Origin: Trichoplax adhaerens
Lineage: Eukaryota > Animalia > Placozoa
Assembly: GCF_000150275.1 (NCBI RefSeq)
Contig: NW_002061047.1
Coordinates: 1-14,993, forward strand
Reading direction: 5' to 3'
Length of the DNA: 14,993 nucleotides
Under the pieces are notes generated by a model. That model did not search any database, had not been told where the DNA came from, and saw only the letters and a list, made by a program, of their open reading frames with translations. How positions within the stretch are numbered: the stretch's first letter is position 1; every line of letters starts with the position of its first letter. The translations under genes and the position numbers were made by a program. Below, one piece after another: positions 10,001-14,993 of the stretch.

Positions 10001-10519
10001 TTTGCTAGTGAACACTTAGCTAAGAGCGGAAGACGCCGCCGCAGGAGGAGACGGCGTAGAAGACGTTGGGTTAGTCGCCGTCGTCGTCGTGCTGTAGTAG
10101 TTCGTCGTCGTCGTGCCGTAGTAGTTCGTCGTCGTCGTGCTGTAGTAGTTCGTCGTCGTCGTGCTGTAGTAGTTCGCCGTCGTCGTGCTGTGGTAGTTCG
10201 CCGTCGTCGTATCCTTCGCCGTCGATTACTTCGTCGTCGTATCCTTCGTCGTCGTATCCTTCGCCGACGCATCCTTCGTCGTCGTATCCTTCGTCGTCGT
10301 ATCCTTCGCCGACGTATCCTTCGCCGACGTATCTTTCGTCGTCGTATCCTTCGCCGACGCATCCTTCGTCGTCGTATCCTTCGTCGTCGTATCCTTCGCC
10401 GACGTATCCTTCGCCGACGTATCTTTCGTCGTCGTATCCTTCGCCGACGCATCATTCGTCGTCGAATCCGGCGTCGTATAGTTTCTTGCCAATCTTGGAT
10501 AACAACTCTCGCTCTGTAA
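10001..10519 (+). CDS. Secreted protein gene 1, Arg-rich repeat exon (FASEHLAKSG-R12-WVS-R5-(AVVVRRRR)5-(ILRRR)17-IRRRIVSCQSWITTLAL)
   Basis: The CATTAG acceptor at 10000 is in phase with exon 2. Variation between repeat units is mostly synonymous for Arg in this frame, and the R12 run mixes AGR and CGN codons. The exact acceptor is uncertain. Confidence 0.75.
   Translation, partial: FASEHLAKSGRRRRRRRRRRRRWVSRRRRRAVVVRRRRAVVVRRRRAVVVRRRRAVVVRRRRAVVVRRRRILRRRLLRRRILRRRILRRRILRRRILRRRILRRRILRRRIFRRRILRRRILRRRILRRRILRRRILRRRIFRRRILRRRIIRRRIRRRIVSCQSWITTLAL
10091..10210 (+). repeat. Coding minisatellite, 5 x 24 nt (AVVVRRRR)
   Basis: Consensus unit GCTGTAGTAGTTCGTCGTCGTCGT. Confidence 0.97.
10211..10465 (+). 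repeat. Coding minisatellite, 17 x 15 nt (ILRRR), with a 90-nt higher-order repeat
   Basis: Consensus unit ATCCTTCGYCGWCGY. Segment 10256-10345 is identical to 10346-10435. Confidence 0.97.
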
Positions 10520-11123
10520 TCGCCGGAAAGCAATATTAACTGCTCAGAATAAACAATTAAGCATAGCTAACAGTCGATTGAGAAGACAAATAAACATTCA
10601 TACCGCTACAATCAGCCGACAAGGGGTAACAATCCGTACTCTAGGACGTAAATTGTCAAGTCTGCAAACGAAATATAATAACCTGAATGCATTATATTCG
10701 TCTCTTCGACTACATAATACTCGCTTAACTGCAGAAAATTCTCAACTAAGGACGGAAAATTACAATCTACGTGCTAGAAATAATCGATTGGAACAAAATA
10801 ATGCAACATTGCATATTGAGAATAACCGATTAAGGAATCAGTTAATAGTTAGCCAGGCGCTTGTTCAAAGTCTTCGTACTAAACTGACTACAGCTGAAAG
10901 TAATTTCCAATCTTGTAATCAAACCAAGAACGAACAACAACAATCAATACAGCAACTTCAAGACGATCTTGCGCACTGTAAAAGCCAGCGGTGCGTTAAT
11001 TGTAGATGTAAAGCTGTTCCCATCACGGAGAAAGATTCTGAAAGCGAAGAAAACTCAGCTAACGTAGCAGATAGCTCCGCCACCAATGAAAAAGAAAAAG
11101 TTCGATATATTTCTTATGAGTAA
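10503..11123 (+). CDS. Coiled-coil, Cys-cluster and acidic-tail coding segment; probably the C-terminal part of gene 1, in a shifted frame
   Basis: 206 stop-free codons with no ATG start. Heptads of the form LxxxNxxL (LTAENSQLRTENYNLRARNNRLEQNNATLHIENNRL), a CKSQRCVNCRC cluster, and a TAA at 11121. Confidence 0.8.
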   Translation, partial: QLSLCNRRKAILTAQNKQLSIANSRLRRQINIHTATISRQGVTIRTLGRKLSSLQTKYNNLNALYSSLRLHNTRLTAENSQLRTENYNLRARNNRLEQNNATLHIENNRLRNQLIVSQALVQSLRTKLTTAESNFQSCNQTKNEQQQSIQQLQDDLAHCKSQRCVNCRCKAVPITEKDSESEENSANVADSSATNEKEKVRYISYE

Positions 11124-11395
11124 AACGTAACAGCAAGTTAACATTAAAACATTATATTTACATATAATGTTAGTAGTATAGTAGTACTGTAGAAGTACAG
11201 GTACAGGTAGAAAGTACAATTATCTAGTTTGTAATTTATTCTTAGCAAGGATGTTAACGGACTAATACATTATCTTATTTTTATGAAGGATAATACTGAT
11301 CAATGAATTATGAGACTACGTTAACTTTTCATGTAATTAAGTGAAAAGATTCACATAATACTGTATTGTTATTGTTGTGAATTATACTTCGAAGA

Positions 11396-11401
11396 AATAA
11401 A
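11396..11401 (+). promoter_or_regulatory. Putative polyadenylation signal of gene 1
   Basis: AATAAA about 270 nt after the stop codon. Confidence 0.4.
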
Positions 11402-12726
11402 GCACACCGTTGATCATATATTAAAGGCTACTCATATTGACTGATTTTTGATTGACTTACTGCGCATAATATCAATATACGATTTAGTTTGTATCATTAT
11501 TATTTTCTAAATTAAGCAGTACTCTGTAGTAACATTTTAATGATATAGATTCAATAATAAGCGTACAAGGTTTATTTTAATCCCTAGTGCTTATTATGGC
11601 AGATAAACAGTTTATTAATATATTTACAGCCGTACTAACATGAATATTACAGCAATACGTAAATAGAAATTCATGATTTACCACGACCACTAGCTTGGTT
11701 ATACACCTAAATGACATCAAATTAAATGACGAAATCGAATTATTGACTGTGATCCTATTCCACTTGATTCATTTTTTCGTTATAAATTAATTAGAGTCAT
11801 CTCGATCTTTATACGGTATACAGTGTGTAGGTGGTACCTTACTAAATCTAACAAATGTGTTACTGGTATATTGTTGATTTTAAAATATTAACAACTGGAG
11901 TGAGATCTATAAGATCATGTCCTATATCTCTTTATTATCGTAAGCATTTGCTCGGATAATGTTCAAAGTAAAAAATAAAATAACAGATCATTCACCACGA
12001 TTACTAAGAAATATGTACATATAATAGCGGTATTATATGTGATGGATGCAACACGAATACAAGTACTGTAATAATTATATTTGGCTATGCATATCAAAGG
12101 CAATTCTATTGATTTTTAGCCATGAAAATTATAACCACAAATGGCTTAGTGATTAATAAAGAATATTAAATAATAAATATACTATGCTGAAAAGTGCCAT
12201 GGAATCATTTTCATTATATATATAAATTTTTTATGCTTATCGCTTATTTATGTTGTTTACTTGAACGTATTATGATACTGACATTAACTAGCAACAAAAA
12301 CTGCTCAATAATGAGTAATATCCTGAGCTAAACGAAAAGTATGTTGATTCTGTCTCCTAGTTAATAACGATTACTAAAACTGCCAACTTGTAGATTTAGA
12401 TTGCCGACAACCAGTTAATAATAATTTACGCTCCTCTACATGTACTGGCGGTGAATACTAAGTAAATAAAAGTAATTAATCTAGTGCGGTACGACCCTTG
12501 CTACATTCTTTCAGTGTAGATCAATGCAAAACCAATATAACCTGTAAGTTACTTAAGTAACCTATTTCCATTATAAATACACTAAATAACTACGATAATC
12601 GTCTTCCTTCCATAATTGATTAAAACGATGTCATGATCAAGTGATCGATATTACACTGTACAATAGTATGTGTGAAAGAGGCCATTTATTTTATTGCATT
12701 AGTTTCAAAGTGATAAACTAAGTAAG

Positions 12727-13202
12727 GCTAAGTGAAATTTTAATTAGTTTGTATCTACTTTCGCTTGTTCTTAAATTTTTCAGGGAATTTCTGTCAGTCA
12801 TGTAGGATTCTGGTACGTTGCTTTTATTTCGAAGCAATAATTATCTATATTATATTGTATCATACATAACGTTTGTTTATTAAGTCAGATATAAAGAGCG
12901 CAGCGCCATAGCTATATTTTAATAACTCTAAAAGGAAATCGAATGTTATTTTACTCATTAGCATCTATCAATCATATTCTACTTGAATTTAAAGGTTGTC
13001 TTCCTTGTCTATCCTATTATATCATTGTTTATTATTATAGTTAATGGTTTAAGTTAAAATCTTTAAACAATAATATTTTATTAAAATAGATCGATCAGAA
13101 CAATTACCTTGATTACTTTCGTACACATAGTGGCTAATTGAATGAGATGATTGCGGTAAATAGTTAATAGATATATAAGTGCAATCTCACTTGCGTATAT
13201 CG
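12727..13202 (+). repeat. 476-bp near-identical copy of 8324-8795, and the likely donor
   Basis: Same alignment. This copy sits collinearly in unit 2 at the position homologous to about 6539-7070 in unit 1. Confidence 0.97.
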
Positions 13203-14505
13203 TGGCATAAATTTGAAAACTGTATGCTAAATTACGATCTATGTCAATTCATCTTTCGATTCTGCGAGTTTTTGATAGCAACAACATTTTTTAGCTTGTT
13301 TCATGAAAACTTGATCAGTAGATCTATTTTTATCGTGCTAATATGTGTATATGACTCATATACTATGCATGTATGTCATTGAGCATTTCACAGTCCGTTC
13401 CATTAACGAAGAAATTATCACGTAGTCTTTTGTCGACAATAATTACTTATACAGTTTTGCAGTTTAGTTTTTATAAAATCTATCAATAGGTCAGCAGTAA
13501 AGTGATAAGTGGTATAAGTGCATTGTGCGAATGATTTTATCAATTGAGAACTTTTCCTTTATAAGAATTAACTTCGTAAGAATTTGGATATAACATTTTA
13601 TTCGATGCCTTTATAGCTGGGTTACTAAAATAAGAATTAATCCGAACAAAACGTTCAAATAAAAACGTTTTTTCGATCTCCTTGCATTAATTAAAGTCTA
13701 GATTGTCTGAGTTAGATATTAATTAACGACGTTAAAGTGAAAACTAATTCATACAAGAAGCTTTGTATACTATATTTTTCAATACTATATTGCTTGTCTA
13801 CTATTTCAAGTGAATTGTTCCCAAATATAATTATGCTTTTATTTCTTCACAATTTCTTCACAGTGAATTTATCAATATAATCCTGTAAATACGTAAAACA
13901 AAACGCGTTTATTGCACTAACTTTTTAGCTCTTGGCGACAGTACGTTTCTTTCGTATTCTGAAAGGGAAATCATACACTACATTGCGTATTTTTAAGATC
14001 TACCATAGTAGGACTAACAATCAATTACCAAAATGATAATTAAATGTACAGACAATATATTATTAAAGGGTCCATGAAAAGGTAATTCTGGTATGTTAGT
14101 GCATTAGCTTTTAATCTGACACATAAATTTAATTCTAATCTTTAACATACTGACCGGAATACTTGTTCAATGATCGGGTTTGATATTGTAAGCCTTTGAA
14201 ACTTTAGGATCTTGCAGATAATCCTTGAGCCAAATAATTCAGCTTCGTATTACTTAACTTACTAGTAATCGTGTGTGTGCGATTAAAGCATAAAATCTTT
14301 TGTGTAATTGGTTTCCGTTTATTTCGAACAAGTTACAGTACTTGACAACATACGATCATTGCCACCTGATGGTTAGACATAATCTGTCTCCTACAATTAA
14401 TTATTAGACCAATGGAGTTGATTACAGGAATCCCTGAGATTATAATAGTGGACACAAGGAAAGGTATTACAGTACCGCTACCTAATTAAAATTTAGTGGC
14501 GAATA

Positions 14506-14588
14506 TATAAATAGCAATTACTCCATACCCAAATCAGCAGAAGCGAATTAGAAATAAGCAATTATCGGAAACTAATTACAACGTAAGC
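14506..14588 (+). promoter_or_regulatory. Core promoter of paralog gene 2: TATAAATA, Inr-like TCAG about 30 nt downstream, and a 5'UTR intron donor GTAAGC
   Basis: Canonical TATA-Inr spacing (14506 to 14536); homologous to the gene 1 promoter. Confidence 0.6.
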
Positions 14589-14750
14589 GTATGGAAATAT
14601 GCGTATATTACTTGTTGGAACTAGTATCGACATCTGTGCTATTGCATTATATATTCTCTTTTTATTTTTAATGCGATATTCGGTTTGTAAATATGCAATA
14701 TTCTTATATAGTCTATAGAGACGCACACGTATATACAAGGGTATAAAAAT

Positions 14751-14900
14751 ATGAAATTTTATCCTGGTATTCTTCTTGGCCTCTTTTGCTTACTGGCTAT
14801 TGCCATCGCAGCAGAAGTTGATCAGTTGAACGATGGAGCATTCGCGGGATTAAGGGATGAGCCTGAGATTGATGAATATGACAAGGAAGAGGTCAATCAG
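14751..14900 (+). CDS. Secreted protein gene 2 (paralog of gene 1), coding exon 1; gene truncated by the window edge
   Basis: MKFYPGILLGLFCLLAIAIAAEVDQLNDGAFAGLRDEPEIDEYDKEEVNQ with a CAG/GTACAT donor at the same position as in gene 1. Confidence 0.9.
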
Positions 14901-14993
14901 GTACATTAATAGAATAGCTTACTTGGCTAAATTAAGTCACATGTAGAAGTTAATATTCTGGTATTAAAAGCAAACAGTTCTAAAATACTGAAT

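Larger units (their letters stand above)
12260..14993 (+). repeat. Tandem duplication unit 2 (continues beyond the window)
   Basis: Collinear with 6050-9425 at an offset of about 6140-6200 upstream and about 5540-5550 at the TATA/ATG. Confidence 0.88.

Noticed and set aside
10091-10465. CRISPR-like appearance of the repeats
   Set aside because: No unique spacers, eukaryotic context, and they are coding tandem repeats.
10226-10492. Minus-strand (KDTTT/KDASA)n ORF
   Set aside because: Alternative frame of the same minisatellite; its unit variation is non-synonymous in this frame.
9997-10533. Minus-strand 178-aa Arg-rich 'protamine-like' ORF
   Set aside because: The reverse complement of (CGT)n also reads poly-Arg (CGA). 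The plus strand has the splice sites, signal peptide and gene context.

Overview
AT-rich eukaryotic (animal-like) genomic DNA with short GT-AG introns and three assembly gaps. The compact intron style resembles an early-branching animal such as a placozoan, but this is inference only. Left part: a multi-exon B-type (B1/B2-like) cyclin gene on the minus strand (ATG at 3183, stop at 360). It has a D-box and a cyclin box, its middle exon(s) are probably hidden in the 926-1285 gap, and CHR/CCAAT/MYB-like motifs lie upstream. Middle: a (CAGTA)n-rich repeat patch. Right part: an old tandem duplication with an offset of about 6.2 kb, each unit carrying a gene for an uncharacterised secreted protein. 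Copy 1 (9202-11123) encodes a signal peptide, an acidic region and a 61% Arg repeat domain [R12, (AVVVRRRR)5, (ILRRR)17]. Across an apparent frameshift at about 10502 follows a long Asn/Leu heptad coiled coil with a Cys cluster. Only exon 1 of copy 2 is in the window (14751-14900). A young 472-bp piece of copy 2's upstream region appears to have been inserted next to the core promoter of copy 1.
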